Notes under the pieces: model-generated
What the model was told of the DNA's origin: nothing
Databases searched by the model: none
What the model saw: the letters and a program-made list of their open reading frames with translations, nothing else
Made by a program: the position numbers and the translations under genes
From: Alphaproteobacteria bacterium
GTDB lineage: Bacteria > Pseudomonadota > Alphaproteobacteria > UBA9219
Length of the DNA stretch: 64,000 nucleotides
Direction: 5' to 3'
NCBI GenBank assembly: GCA_031291395.1
Contig: JARLJD010000138.1
Location: 3,860-67,859, forward strand
In this document: piece after piece, positions 1 to 9,260 of the stretch
Position numbering within the stretch: position 1 is the stretch's first letter
How the letters are laid out: each line of letters starts with the position of its first letter

Positions 1-68
1 GTCGTCAAGTCCAAGAAAACCGCGTAGACTTCGACTAATCAAGCGAATCTGGCGAAGCAGAGCTATAA

Positions 69-204
69 AATCCCCTCCCTCTCTATGGGGGAGGGTTAGG
101 GCGGGGGTTATGTCTCCGCATGAGATGTCTTTGAAAATCGAGGGACGGTTTTTACGGCACGATCACCCCCACCCTAACCCTCCCCCATAGAGGGGGAGGG
201 AATC
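69..204. repeat. REP/MITE family-1 copy (nested palindrome, large-loop variant) upstream of plsX
   Basis: atcccctccctctctatgggggaggg..ttagggcggggg / cccccaccctaaccctcccccatagagggggagggaatc inverted arms around a ~70-bp loop; same arms recur at 12 other sites. Confidence 0.6.
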
Positions 205-225
205 TTTGCTGCTGCGAGTTCCTTC

Positions 226-1305
226 ATGCCCATCACCGCAACCGTGAAATCCTCGAACCCCGACGTTATCGCGCTGGACGCGATGGGCGGCGATGCTGCG
301 CCGGCCATTGTCGTAAACGGCGCGGCTTTGGCGCGCACGCGTTACCCCGATATTAAATTCATCTTTTTCGGCGACGCGGCGCAGATCGAGCCTTTGCTCG
401 CCAAACATCCCGCTCTGCGCGCCTGCAGCGAATTGCGCCACACGCCGGAAGTTATTTCGGCGGAGATGAAGCCGTCTTTGGCTTTGCGGCAAGGGCGCAA
501 ATCGAGCATGCGCCTTGCGATCAACGCCGTGGCCGAGGGCGAGGCCAGCAGCGTCGTTTCCGCGGGAAATACCGGCGCTTTATTGGCTATGGCCAAATTC
601 GTTTTGCGCACCTTGCCGGGCATCGATCGTCCTGCGATCGCCACGTTGATCCCGACGCAGACCGGCGAGACGGTCATGCTCGATCTGGGCGCGAACATTG
701 AATGCGACGCGGAAAATCTGGTGCAATTCGCGCTGATGGGCGCGATTTTCTGCCACACCGTTCTGGGCCGCAGCGAGCCGTTGATCGGCCTTCTGAATAT
801 CGGCACCGAGGAGCTTAAAGGCCACGACGAAGTGCGCATCGCCGCCTCGATTTTGCGCGAAAGGCCTATTCCCGGGCGTTTGTTCGGCTTTGTCGAAGGA
901 AACGATATTACGGCGGGAACCGTCGATGTCGTGGTCACGGACGGTTTCAGCGGCAATATCGCGCTGAAGTCGATCGAGGGCACGTCGCATTTGGTTTCGC
1001 ATTTCCTGCGTCAGGCTTTCGACTCTTCGTTGATCGCAAGGTTTGGCTATCTGTTCGCGCGCGGCGCGTTCAAACGCCTGAAAGAAAGAGTCGATCCGCG
1101 CCGCTATAACGGCGCGATGTTTCTGGGCTTGCAAGGCGTTTGCGTCAAGAGCCACGGCGGCACCGATGCCCAAGGCTTTGCCAGCGCTATCGGCGTCGCG
1201 CATGATCTGGTGGCGCGTAACTTCAATTTGCGCATTGCGGAGGAAATCGCGGCGCAGTACGGCATCAACGTGGCCGTGGAGTCCGAGCCGGAAGGCGGCC
1301 AATGA
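226..1305 (+). CDS. plsX: phosphate acyltransferase PlsX
   Basis: 359-aa ORF; N-terminus [13 protein letters not shown] and overall PlsX-like sequence; overlaps fabH start by 4 bp (plsX-fabH arrangement). Confidence 0.9.
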   Translation: MPITATVKSSNPDVIALDAMGGDAAPAIVVNGAALARTRYPDIKFIFFGDAAQIEPLLAKHPALRACSELRHTPEVISAEMKPSLALRQGRKSSMRLAINAVAEGEASSVVSAGNTGALLAMAKFVLRTLPGIDRPAIATLIPTQTGETVMLDLGANIECDAENLVQFALMGAIFCHTVLGRSEPLIGLLNIGTEELKGHDEVRIAASILRERPIPGRLFGFVEGNDITAGTVDVVVTDGFSGNIALKSIEGTSHLVSHFLRQAFDSSLIARFGYLFARGAFKRLKERVDPRRYNGAMFLGLQGVCVKSHGGTDAQGFASAIGVAHDLVARNFNLRIAEEIAAQYGINVAVESEPEGGQ

Positions 1306-2258
1306 TCCGCTCGATCATCCTTGGCTGCGGCGCGTATTTGCCTGCGCAAATTCTGACCAATGACGCGTTGATCAAGATGCGCGGCCTTGACAGTTCGGAC
1401 GAATGGATTGAGCGCCGCACCGGAATCAAACAACGCCACATCGCGGCCGAGGGCGAAAAGACTTCGGACATGGCGACGAAAGCGGCAAGCGCGGCTTTGG
1501 CCGACGCGGGGATTGACAGCGGCTCTATCGACATGATCGTTCTGGCGACGACGACGCCGGATAATGTTTTTCCCGCCTGCGCCGTTCGCGTTCAGGCCAA
1601 TCTTGGCATGGAGCGCGGTTTTGCTTTCGATATTCAAGCGGTTTGTTCGGGCTTCGTTTACGCTTTGGCGATGGCGGATAATGCCCTTCGCGCGGGTCAG
1701 GCGCGACGGGCGCTGGTCATCGGCGCTGACGTTCTCTCGCGCCTGATCGACTGGAACGACCGCGGCACAAGCGTTCTTTTCGGTGACGGCGCGGGCGCTG
1801 TCGTTCTGGAAGCGCGAGAGGGTCACGGAACTGTCGCCGATCAAGGCATTCTTTCGGCCCATTTGCATGCCGACGGACGGCATTACGAATTGCTGCAAAC
1901 CGACGCCAACGCATTCATCCGCATGAACGGTCAGGAAGTCTTCCGCCACGCCGTCGCCAATCTTTCTTCGGTCGTCGATGAGGCTTTGGCGGCCACGGGC
2001 TTAAAACCTGAAGAAATCGACTGGCTGGTGCCGCATCAGGCCAACAAGCGCATCATCGACGGCACCGGCAAAAAATTAGGCCTGCCGCCGGAGCGCATCG
2101 TCACCACAATCGCCGATCACGCCAACACCTCGGCGGCATCTATCCCCTTGGCTTTAGCAACTGCAGCCCACGACGGTCGCATCAAACGCGGGCAGATTGT
2201 TTTGCTGGATGCGATGGGGGGCGGGTTTACATGGGGGGCAGCAGTGGTGAGGTGGTAA
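1302..2258 (+). CDS. fabH: 3-oxoacyl-ACP synthase III FabH
   Basis: 318 aa; FabH-like N-terminus [19 protein letters not shown], active-site region [16 protein letters not shown]-terminal [13 protein letters not shown]. Confidence 0.9.
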   Translation: MIRSIILGCGAYLPAQILTNDALIKMRGLDSSDEWIERRTGIKQRHIAAEGEKTSDMATKAASAALADAGIDSGSIDMIVLATTTPDNVFPACAVRVQANLGMERGFAFDIQAVCSGFVYALAMADNALRAGQARRALVIGADVLSRLIDWNDRGTSVLFGDGAGAVVLEAREGHGTVADQGILSAHLHADGRHYELLQTDANAFIRMNGQEVFRHAVANLSSVVDEALAATGLKPEEIDWLVPHQANKRIIDGTGKKLGLPPERIVTTIADHANTSAASIPLALATAAHDGRIKRGQIVLLDAMGGGFTWGAAVVRW

Positions 2259-2586
2259 GCGCCTTAAGCCGGTCGATATCCAGCCTTCAAAACGGTACGC
2301 AAAGAGGACGGGATTGATGTGATTGGCCAGAATGCGCGCTCAACGCACGCAAGATATTCTATGCTTGAATGGCTCGCATCATAATCGCTACATGCCGCTA
2401 TCGTTGCGCATGTTAGCAAAAGAGGAACTTCAGCCAGAGGAAATGTCTTCCGCGCCATTTCAGCTTGACCATGCGGCGCGGATAGGGAATGTTTGTAAAA
2501 GTTTATCCCCACACAGCAGGGGGATTACATAAAGCTCGGGGTTGTCCCCCTCTTTCCCTTTTGCTCTTCCCCCCTTTTGGGTTGTT

Positions 2587-2862
2587 ATGACCGAAGCCGA
2601 AATCATAGAAATCTGCCGCGAAGCCATTCTTGTGATGCTTAAGCTTGTGGGGCCGATCATGCTGGCGGGGCTTCTGGTCGGCGTCGTCGTGTCGATGATC
2701 CAGACTGTGACGCAGATTCAGGAACAAGCCTTGACCTTTATCCCTAAAATGGTCGTCGTTTTCGGGATCACGATCTGGTTGCTGCCTTTCATGCTGGCGA
2801 CGCTAAGCGGCTTTACCTATACGTTGACCGATCGCATCGTGCAGGTCGGGCTGATGAATTAA
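2587..2862 (+). CDS. fliQ: flagellar export apparatus protein FliQ
   Basis: ~91 aa from internal Met of ORF 2542..2862; two TM helices and the VSMIQTVTQIQEQALTFIPKM motif typical of FliQ/SctS. Confidence 0.8.
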   Translation: MTEAEIIEICREAILVMLKLVGPIMLAGLLVGVVVSMIQTVTQIQEQALTFIPKMVVVFGITIWLLPFMLATLSGFTYTLTDRIVQVGLMN

Positions 2863-2868
2863 GTCCCT

Positions 2869-3642
2869 ATGCATACCTATCATCTTGACGCCTTTCTGTC
2901 CGGACATGTCTTCGCGTTTGTCCTGTTGTTGTCACGCATCGGCTCGGTCATGCTGTTGTTTCCGGGCATTGGCGAGCACTATGTCTCGGCGCGCGCGCGG
3001 CTGTTTTTTGCCTGTTTGATCTGCCTGTTGCTGCTTGAGCCGATGCTGCCCAGATTACCCGCTCTTCCGTCTGCTCCCGCGGAAATGGCGCGGATGGTCG
3101 GCTATGAGGTTATCGTCGGTCTTTTTTTTGGTACTTTGGTGCGACTTGTTTTTGGCGCTTTGGAATCGACCGGCATGATTATCGGCTTTACGACCGGTTT
3201 GTCGAACGCGACGATGATGAACCCCGCTTTGGCGACGCAAAGCCCTTTGCCCAGCGCCTTTCTCACTGCGGCGGGGTTGGCGCTGATTTTTATTACCGGG
3301 ATGGACCATTTTCTGATTCGCACCACGGTCGCGCTTTATGACATCTTTCCGGCCGGGGGAACTCTTATGACTGGGGATATAGCGAAAACCGTCATCAACG
3401 TCACCAATCAAAGCTTCGTTGTCGGTGTCGAGCTGGCGACGCCGTTTTTGGTCATGAGTCTGCTGCTTTACGCCGCCATGGGCATCATTCAGCGCCTGTT
3501 GCCTTCCGTGCAGGTTTTTATGGTTATGCTGCCGATCCAGATCTGGGGCGGGTTGATGATGTTCTTGCTAACGATCGCAGGAATATTGACGATCTGGCTG
3601 CGTTATATGGATCAATCTGTCGGCTCCTTTTTTCAAGGATGA
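2869..3642 (+). CDS. fliR: flagellar export apparatus protein FliR
   Basis: 257-aa polytopic membrane protein immediately after fliQ; FliR-like length and hydrophobic pattern. Confidence 0.85.
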   Translation: MHTYHLDAFLSGHVFAFVLLLSRIGSVMLLFPGIGEHYVSARARLFFACLICLLLLEPMLPRLPALPSAPAEMARMVGYEVIVGLFFGTLVRLVFGALESTGMIIGFTTGLSNATMMNPALATQSPLPSAFLTAAGLALIFITGMDHFLIRTTVALYDIFPAGGTLMTGDIAKTVINVTNQSFVVGVELATPFLVMSLLLYAAMGIIQRLLPSVQVFMVMLPIQIWGGLMMFLLTIAGILTIWLRYMDQSVGSFFQG

Positions 3643-3648
3643 TCCTCG

Positions 3649-4719
3649 ATGGCCAGCGAAGACGATAAAGAAGACAAAACCGAGGCCCCGTCCGGCAAGC
3701 GATTGGACGATGCGCGCGAACGCGGCCAGATTCCGGTCAGCAGGGAAACCGCGATGTGGGTGGAGCTTCTGGGCGTATTGGTGGTTGTTGCCTTGGTCAT
3801 TCCGCCGATGATGCGGCAAATGGCAGATTATTTGCGCGGCTTTATCGAAGAGGCGCATACGTTTCAGCTTGATGAAAACAATGTGCAGCCTTTGTTTTTT
3901 CAGATTTTTGGCCGGATAACGCTGATTACCGGCGTCGCTTTTGGTCTTATGGTCGCCGCCGTGGTGGCAGGCTATATGATACAAACGGGCTTTTTTTACT
4001 CGCTTGAATTATTAGCGCCGGATTTTTCGCGTTTGCTGCCGACCAATGGATTAAAGCGTTTGTTTTCGACGGACTCGCTGGTCAATCTGGGCAAAAGTTT
4101 TGGAAAACTCGCCTTTCTGGGAGGCATCGCCTATGCCGTTTTGAAACCGGTCGCCGTTGAAGCGCCGGGCTATACGGGATTGCCGATTGAGGCCATGCTG
4201 CTTTTTCTGCATAAGAAGGTTGTGCATTTGATCGAGATGCTGCTGGTGGTTTTCACGGCGATTGCGGCGGTCGACCTGTTCTGGACGCGCTTTCAATATA
4301 CCCGCAATCTGCGCATGACCAAGGTCGAGGTCAAGGATGAGCGCAAGGAACAGGAAGGCGATCCGATGATCAAGGGACGCCTGCGCCAGATGCGCATCGA
4401 ACGCGCGCGCAAGCGCATGATGGCGCAAGTGCCCAAAGCCGACGTCGTCATCACCAACCCGACGCACTATGCCGTGGCATTGCAGTACGACGCCAAGCAA
4501 ATGGCCGCGCCCGTCGTCGTCGCCAAAGGCATCAATCTGATTGCGGAGCGCATTCGCGAGATTGCCGAGGAACACCGCATTCCCTTGGTCAGCAACCCGC
4601 CTCTGGCGCGCGCGCTTCACGACTCAGTCGAGGTCGACCAACAGATTCCCAACCAGCATTACCGCGCCGTGGCCGAGGTGATCTCGTATGTTTACAAATT
4701 GAGGAAGAGGAAGTTTTAG
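3649..4719 (+). CDS. flhB: flagellar export switch protein FlhB
   Basis: 356 aa; N-terminal MASEDDKEDKTEAPSGKRLDDARERGQIPVS and the NPTH autocleavage motif (VITNPTHYAVAL). Confidence 0.9.
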   Translation: MASEDDKEDKTEAPSGKRLDDARERGQIPVSRETAMWVELLGVLVVVALVIPPMMRQMADYLRGFIEEAHTFQLDENNVQPLFFQIFGRITLITGVAFGLMVAAVVAGYMIQTGFFYSLELLAPDFSRLLPTNGLKRLFSTDSLVNLGKSFGKLAFLGGIAYAVLKPVAVEAPGYTGLPIEAMLLFLHKKVVHLIEMLLVVFTAIAAVDLFWTRFQYTRNLRMTKVEVKDERKEQEGDPMIKGRLRQMRIERARKRMMAQVPKADVVITNPTHYAVALQYDAKQMAAPVVVAKGINLIAERIREIAEEHRIPLVSNPPLARALHDSVEVDQQIPNQHYRAVAEVISYVYKLRKRKF

Positions 4720-4744
4720 GGCCGGAAGCTTGAGTGGACGAGGC

Positions 4745-5032
4745 CTAAGCCAATTCAACTCGCAATTCACGCCCCACAGCATGCGCCGCGCGTATCAAGG
4801 TTTCGAGCGTCGCGCTGCCGTTATCACGGGCGAGCAACCGATCGACTTGAACGCGGCTGGTTTTCATTAATACAGCCAAGCGCGACTTCGTGATGCGCTG
4901 CTTCTTCATCTCCTCGCCAATCTGCGCCGCGATGACGGATTTGACAGCGGCGGCCGTAACCTCCTCGCGAATGCCGACTTCATCAAGCCAGCTTTCAAAA
5001 GTAGAACCGATATGGGGATTCTTTTTTGTCAT
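4745..5032 (-). CDS. higA: HTH (XRE-like) antitoxin of a HigB/HigA-type toxin-antitoxin pair
   Basis: 95 aa, HTH region KKQRITKSRLAVLMKTSRVQVDRLL; 4-bp overlap with an upstream RelE/ParE-fold toxin gene, toxin-first order as in higBA. Confidence 0.65.
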   Translation of the reverse strand: MTKKNPHIGSTFESWLDEVGIREEVTAAAVKSVIAAQIGEEMKKQRITKSRLAVLMKTSRVQVDRLLARDNGSATLETLIRAAHAVGRELRVELA

Positions 5033-5376
5033 GCCGTTGTCTCCTTTAATCTTTGTCTGCCGATTGCTAAATCTTCCGGCGGCGTTTCTCTGGTTTTTTT
5101 AATGAACGCGTGTAACGCGATCACCTTTCCTTCATGAAAGCCGAAAAGAACGCGAGCTTCCCGTTTGCTCGGCAACGAAGACCGTATTTCCCAAAGCCCA
5201 CGGCTAAGCGGGCGACACACAGGCAGACCGATAGGCCAGCCAAATTGCACTTTGGCAATATCATGTCCTATGGTTCTCTGGTCGTTGCGCGAAAGCTCGT
5301 TCAACCACTCCCGCACCGGCTCGCGTCCTGCGGCTGATTTCCAAAAAACCAAAGATATAGGCTTCAATCTATCCAT
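5029..5376 (-). CDS. higB: RelE/ParE-superfamily toxin (HigB-like addiction-module killer protein)
   Basis: 115 aa; Gp49/HigB-like sequence (REPVREWLNELSRNDQ...GLWEIRSSLPSKREARVLFGFHEGKVIALHAFIKKT). Confidence 0.65.
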   Translation of the reverse strand: MDRLKPISLVFWKSAAGREPVREWLNELSRNDQRTIGHDIAKVQFGWPIGLPVCRPLSRGLWEIRSSLPSKREARVLFGFHEGKVIALHAFIKKTRETPPEDLAIGRQRLKETTA

Positions 5377-5483
5377 CGTCAGTTATTGTACCAAAAAGGG
5401 TGCGCGCATACAAGGGCTTCTTTTTACCGTTTTCTTATGGATTTTGCTTTCCGGCGGGAATAGAATCCGTCTCGTTTTCGGTG

Positions 5484-5505
5484 CGGGGCGTTCAGCCCCG
5501 TTTTT
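5484..5505 (+). terminator. GC hairpin (cggggcgttcagccccg) plus T5 tract 15-60 bp upstream of the nadA start; possible leader terminator/attenuator
   Basis: perfect 6-bp stem, 5-nt loop, followed by ttttt on the + strand only. Confidence 0.35.
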
Positions 5506-5517
5506 CGGGGGTTACTA

Positions 5518-6564
5518 ATGCTCATAACGAGCATAAATAACCCTTTCTGCGGACAAGGAGTCCTTATGGGCGTTAGCTCTTCCCAAACCGCCGCGGCGCT
5601 GGAGCGCACCGCCGCGATTTACGAACGCGTCAGATCCGTCATTCCCGCGATGGAGTGGACGGTCTTTGCCGACGACGTCGACGCGATCTTGCGGCTGAAG
5701 AAAGAACGCAAGGCGGTCATTCTTGCCCACAACTATATGCGCCCCGAAATTTTCCACGGCGTCGCCGATATGCGGGGCGACTCGCTGGCTTTGGCGCGAG
5801 AAGCAGCAAGTGTCGACGCCGAGGTTATCGTTATGGCGGGCGTGCATTTTATGGCCGAGACCGCGAAACTGCTGAACCCCTCGCGCACGGTTTTGATTCC
5901 CGATCCGCAAGCGGGCTGTTCGCTGGCGGAGGCGGTGACGGCCGAGGACGTGCGCCTGATGCGCCAGCGTTATCCGAACACGCCGGTTGTCACTTATGTC
6001 AACACCTCGGCGGCGGTTAAGGCGGAATCCGACATTTGCTGCACGTCGGGCAACGCGAAAAAGATCGTCGAATCCTTGGGCGCAAAGCAGGTCATCATGC
6101 TGCCGGACAAATATCTGGCGCAAAACGTCGCCAGAGAAACAAACGTCAAAATCATCACATGGGAGGGACGCTGCGAGGTGCATGAACGCTTCACCGCCGC
6201 CGACATCGCTTTGTTCCGCGAACAAAATCCGGGGATCGTTATTCTGGCGCATCCCGAATGCACACCGGAAGTCGTCGCTGCCGCAGATTATTCCGGCTCA
6301 ACCGCAGGCATGATCGATTGGGTCGGCCAACATAAACTTGCCCGCGCCGTTCTTCTGACCGAATGTTCGATGAGCGACAATGTGGCCGTCAGCTACCCCG
6401 AAACCAGCTTCGTCCGTCCGTGCCAGCTTTGTCCGCATATGAAACGCATCACGTTGGCGAACATCCGCGCTGCGCTTGAGACTATGACACATGAGGTGAC
6501 AATTCCCGACGCGATCATCCCCGCCGCAAGACGCGCGGTTGAACGCATGATCGCGGTTAAGTGA
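5518..6564 (+). CDS. nadA: quinolinate synthase NadA (true start may be Met at 5566)
   Basis: KAVILAHNYMRPEI, MAGVHFMAETAKLLNP, three-domain NadA-like sequence; stop overlaps nadB start. Confidence 0.9.
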   Translation: MLITSINNPFCGQGVLMGVSSSQTAAALERTAAIYERVRSVIPAMEWTVFADDVDAILRLKKERKAVILAHNYMRPEIFHGVADMRGDSLALAREAASVDAEVIVMAGVHFMAETAKLLNPSRTVLIPDPQAGCSLAEAVTAEDVRLMRQRYPNTPVVTYVNTSAAVKAESDICCTSGNAKKIVESLGAKQVIMLPDKYLAQNVARETNVKIITWEGRCEVHERFTAADIALFREQNPGIVILAHPECTPEVVAAADYSGSTAGMIDWVGQHKLARAVLLTECSMSDNVAVSYPETSFVRPCQLCPHMKRITLANIRAALETMTHEVTIPDAIIPAARRAVERMIAVK

Positions 6565-8087
6565 TGCAACCCATCATCCTCGGTGCAGGCCTCGCCGGAC
6601 TCTCCGCCGCTTTGGCGCTTGCGCCTATGCCGGTCATTCTGGTTTCGCCTTGCGCGCTTGGCGAGGGGTGCGCCAGCGCGTGGGCGCAGGGCGGCATCGC
6701 GGCTTCGGTTGGCGCGGACGACGAGGCCGGACTTCATATTCAAGACACGCTGGCCGCCGGAAACGGCATCAACGACTTTGCTATCGTGCGGCAGACTTTG
6801 CAAGACGCGGCGCAGGTCATCGACCGATTGACAAAGGCGGGCGTAGCCTTCGACCGCGATACGCAAGGCCGCTTGTCGTTGGGGCTGGAAGCGGCGCACA
6901 GCCGCCGCCGCATCGTTCGCGCCAAAGACGCGACAGGGTTTGTCGTGATGCAGGCCTTGATCGAAGCCGTGCGCTCTACGCCCTCGATCATGCTCATCGA
7001 AAACGCAACCGCGCAGGATTTGCTGGTTGACGGGGCCGTCACCGGCGTTGTTCTGCGTCAGCAAGAAAAAGAAATCACACTGCAAACAGATTGCCTTGTT
7101 TTGGCGACCGGCGGCTCTGTGGCTTTGTGGCGCGACACGACCAATCCGCATGAAAACTGGGGCCAAGGTCTCGCGCTGGCGGCGCACGCAGGCGCGACGC
7201 TCTGCGATCTGGAATTCGTGCAATTCCACCCCACGGCGATTGATATAGGCCGAGACCCGATGCCCTTGGCCAGCGAATCCTTGCGCGGCGAGGGCTGCGC
7301 CTTGATCGATGAAACAGGCGAGCGTTTTACCGATGAACTTCAGCCGCGCGATGTCGTCACTCGCGCGATCTGGGCGCAAATCGCGCAAGGGCACAAAGTC
7401 TTTCTGGACGGACGCAAGGCTTTGGGTAAAAATTTCAAAGAACATTTCCCGACTATCTATGAAATCTGCGCCTCCGCCGGCATCGACCCGGCCACAATGC
7501 CCATCCCCGTCAAACCCGCCGCGCATTATCATATGGGCGGCGTGGCCACCGACGCGCAAGGCCGCACCGACGTTCCCGGCCTGTGGGCCTGCGGCGAAGT
7601 CGCCTGCACAGGGTTGCATGGCGCGAACCGGCTTGCGAGCAATTCCTTGCTTGAGGCCGCGAGTTTCGGGTGGCGGGTGGGGGAGGGGATAAAGAATGCG
7701 CCATGCCAAGAACAAAAAATTTGTCATCCTCGCAAATGCGGGGATCCATCTTGGCCGCAAGAAAGGAAGAAAGAAAGATGGATCCCCGCATTCGCGGGGA
7801 TGACGAGCGGAGATAGCGTCCGCTCCCTTATGTCCGACTCCGTCGGCGTCATCCGCGACAGTGCTGGACTGCAACGCGCCATGGCGCACTTATCGCCCTT
7901 GGCGCATCAATCCGACAAAGCTCTCGTCGGCCTGATGATCGCCGCCTGCGCTTTGAAACGCGAGGAAAGCCGCGGCGCGCATTTCCGCAGCGATTTTCCA
8001 AAGGCACAAAGTTTGGGACGACGCTCTGCATTCAGATTTGCCGATTTAGTCGACGTGAGGAAACAGGTGAATCTGTTTGATGGTTAA
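6561..8087 (+). CDS. nadB: L-aspartate oxidase NadB carrying an in-frame ~84-bp palindromic MITE insertion
   Basis: FAD-binding N-terminus ILGAGLAGLSAALALA, HYHMGGV, GANRLASNSLLEA, C-terminal ESRGAHFRSDFP; inserted peptide ...KICHPRKCGDPSWPQERKKERWIPAFAGMTSGD... Confidence 0.9.
   Translation: MMQPIILGAGLAGLSAALALAPMPVILVSPCALGEGCASAWAQGGIAASVGADDEAGLHIQDTLAAGNGINDFAIVRQTLQDAAQVIDRLTKAGVAFDRDTQGRLSLGLEAAHSRRRIVRAKDATGFVVMQALIEAVRSTPSIMLIENATAQDLLVDGAVTGVVLRQQEKEITLQTDCLVLATGGSVALWRDTTNPHENWGQGLALAAHAGATLCDLEFVQFHPTAIDIGRDPMPLASESLRGEGCALIDETGERFTDELQPRDVVTRAIWAQIAQGHKVFLDGRKALGKNFKEHFPTIYEICASAGIDPATMPIPVKPAAHYHMGGVATDAQGRTDVPGLWACGEVACTGLHGANRLASNSLLEAASFGWRVGEGIKNAPCQEQKICHPRKCGDPSWPQERKKERWIPAFAGMTSGDSVRSLMSDSVGVIRDSAGLQRAMAHLSPLAHQSDKALVGLMIAACALKREESRGAHFRSDFPKAQSLGRRSAFRFADLVDVRKQVNLFDG
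7723..7806. mobile_element. MITE family-2 (short derivative) inserted in frame within nadB
   Basis: tgtcatcctcgcaaatgcggggatccatc ... gatggatccccgcattcgcggggatgacga inverted repeat; same TIR as the 28119 and 41900 copies. Confidence 0.6.
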
Positions 8088-8111
8088 AAATAGAAGCGAA
8101 GCGAAAACGGC

Positions 8112-8146
8112 GGGATTCCCTCCCCCTTTATGGGGGAGGGGATTCC
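8112..8146. repeat. REP family-1 minimal (core palindrome only) copy between nadB and nadC
   Basis: gggattccctccccctttatgggggaggggattcc perfect palindrome. Confidence 0.6.
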
Positions 8147-8206
8147 ATCGCTATTGCTCAATCGTTTGTCTCACTAATTTCCTCTTGCCACCTTAGGAGA
8201 TTCCTC

Positions 8207-9076
8207 ATGCCCCTCTCTCCCCTGCCTGATCTCATCCTGCGCCCTTTGGTCGCAAACGCCTTGTGCGAAGATTTAGGCCGCGCGGGAGACATAACGACCG
8301 ACGCGATTATCCCGCCGGACATGCAAAGCCGCGCCAAACTGAATGCGCGTCAAACGGGCATCCTTGCCGGTTTGGATCTGGCGCGTCTGGCCTTTCAGCT
8401 TTTCGACCCTACCGTTATTTTCACGCCCTTGAAACAAGACGGCGAGGCGATCAGGACAGGCGACAGCCTCGCGCAAGTTGAAGGGGCCGCGCGTAGCCTT
8501 CTATCCGCCGAACGTGTGGCCTTGAACTTTCTGTGTCATCTCAGCGGGATAGCCAGCGAAACGCATAAACTGGTTGAGGCCGTCAAGCCGCATAAAGCGC
8601 GCATCTGCTGCACGCGCAAAACCACCCCGGGACTCAGAGCGATTGAAAAATACGCCGTGAAAGCGGGGGGCGGAAGCAATCACCGCTTCGGTCTCGACGA
8701 CGCCGTGCTGATTAAGGACAACCACATCGTCGTCGCCGGAAGCATTAAAAACGCTGTCGAACGCGCGCAGAGTGCCGTAGGGCATCTTGTTAAAGTCGAA
8801 ATTGAAGTCGATACGCTGGCGCAACTGGACGAGGCGCTGGCTTTGCTCTCCGCCATGCCGATCGATGCCGTACTGTTGGACAACATGCAGCCTGCGCAAC
8901 TGAAACTGGCGGTTGAAAAAGTCGCCGGTCGATTGACGGTCGAAGCTTCGGGTGGCATCACCCTCGAGTCTGTTGCCGCAATCGCCGCCACAGGCGTAGA
9001 CGTGATTTCCGTTGGCGGGATCACGCACAGTGCACCGATATTGGATATCGGGCTGGATATAGTTGGAGATCAATAA
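8207..9076 (+). CDS. nadC: nicotinate-nucleotide pyrophosphorylase (quinolinate phosphoribosyltransferase) NadC
   Basis: 289 aa; NadC-like sequence and nadA-nadB-nadC operon context. Confidence 0.9.
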   Translation: MPLSPLPDLILRPLVANALCEDLGRAGDITTDAIIPPDMQSRAKLNARQTGILAGLDLARLAFQLFDPTVIFTPLKQDGEAIRTGDSLAQVEGAARSLLSAERVALNFLCHLSGIASETHKLVEAVKPHKARICCTRKTTPGLRAIEKYAVKAGGGSNHRFGLDDAVLIKDNHIVVAGSIKNAVERAQSAVGHLVKVEIEVDTLAQLDEALALLSAMPIDAVLLDNMQPAQLKLAVEKVAGRLTVEASGGITLESVAAIAATGVDVISVGGITHSAPILDIGLDIVGDQ

Positions 9077-9260
9077 CTCCGTCAGAGCCGAGGCAGGAAC
9101 AGAAGGTCTAAAAGAGGCATGAAACACAGCGCTACCTACCAAAGCGCGCGCCACAAAAAGACTAGGACGACAAGAAAACACTCTGGCAAATTTATAAGCT
9201 TTACACCCACATTGCCATGAGCGGGGGTTTAGTGGGGCAATTGTGGAGTCGCGGTAGTTT

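Noticed and set aside
163-492. Small ORFs running through REP copies (also 20455..20726, 47386..47880, 34120..34344)
   Set aside because: Generated by the palindromic GC-rich repeats. They have no RBS context and overlap better-supported genes or intergenic repeats.
2340-2360. Sigma-54-like TGGC-N-GC element upstream of fliQ
   Set aside because: Spacing between the GG and GC dinucleotides is 9 or 11 nt rather than 10, and the -12 region lacks TTGC. Not supportable by eye.
5518-5565. N-terminal 16-codon extension of nadA (MLITSINNPFCGQGVL)
   Set aside because: Probably not part of NadA. The Met at 5566 aligns better with NadA N-termini. It is kept in the feature only as the maximal ORF.
6393-7889. 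498-aa ORF on the minus strand overlapping nadB
   Set aside because: The plus-strand frame has unambiguous L-aspartate oxidase motifs. A long antisense ORF is expected in high-GC DNA, and it has no recognisable protein features.
9077-9260. Possible small RNA in the nadC-holB intergenic region
   Set aside because: No convincing stable hairpin-plus-T-tract or conserved motif could be identified by eye. It is left unannotated.
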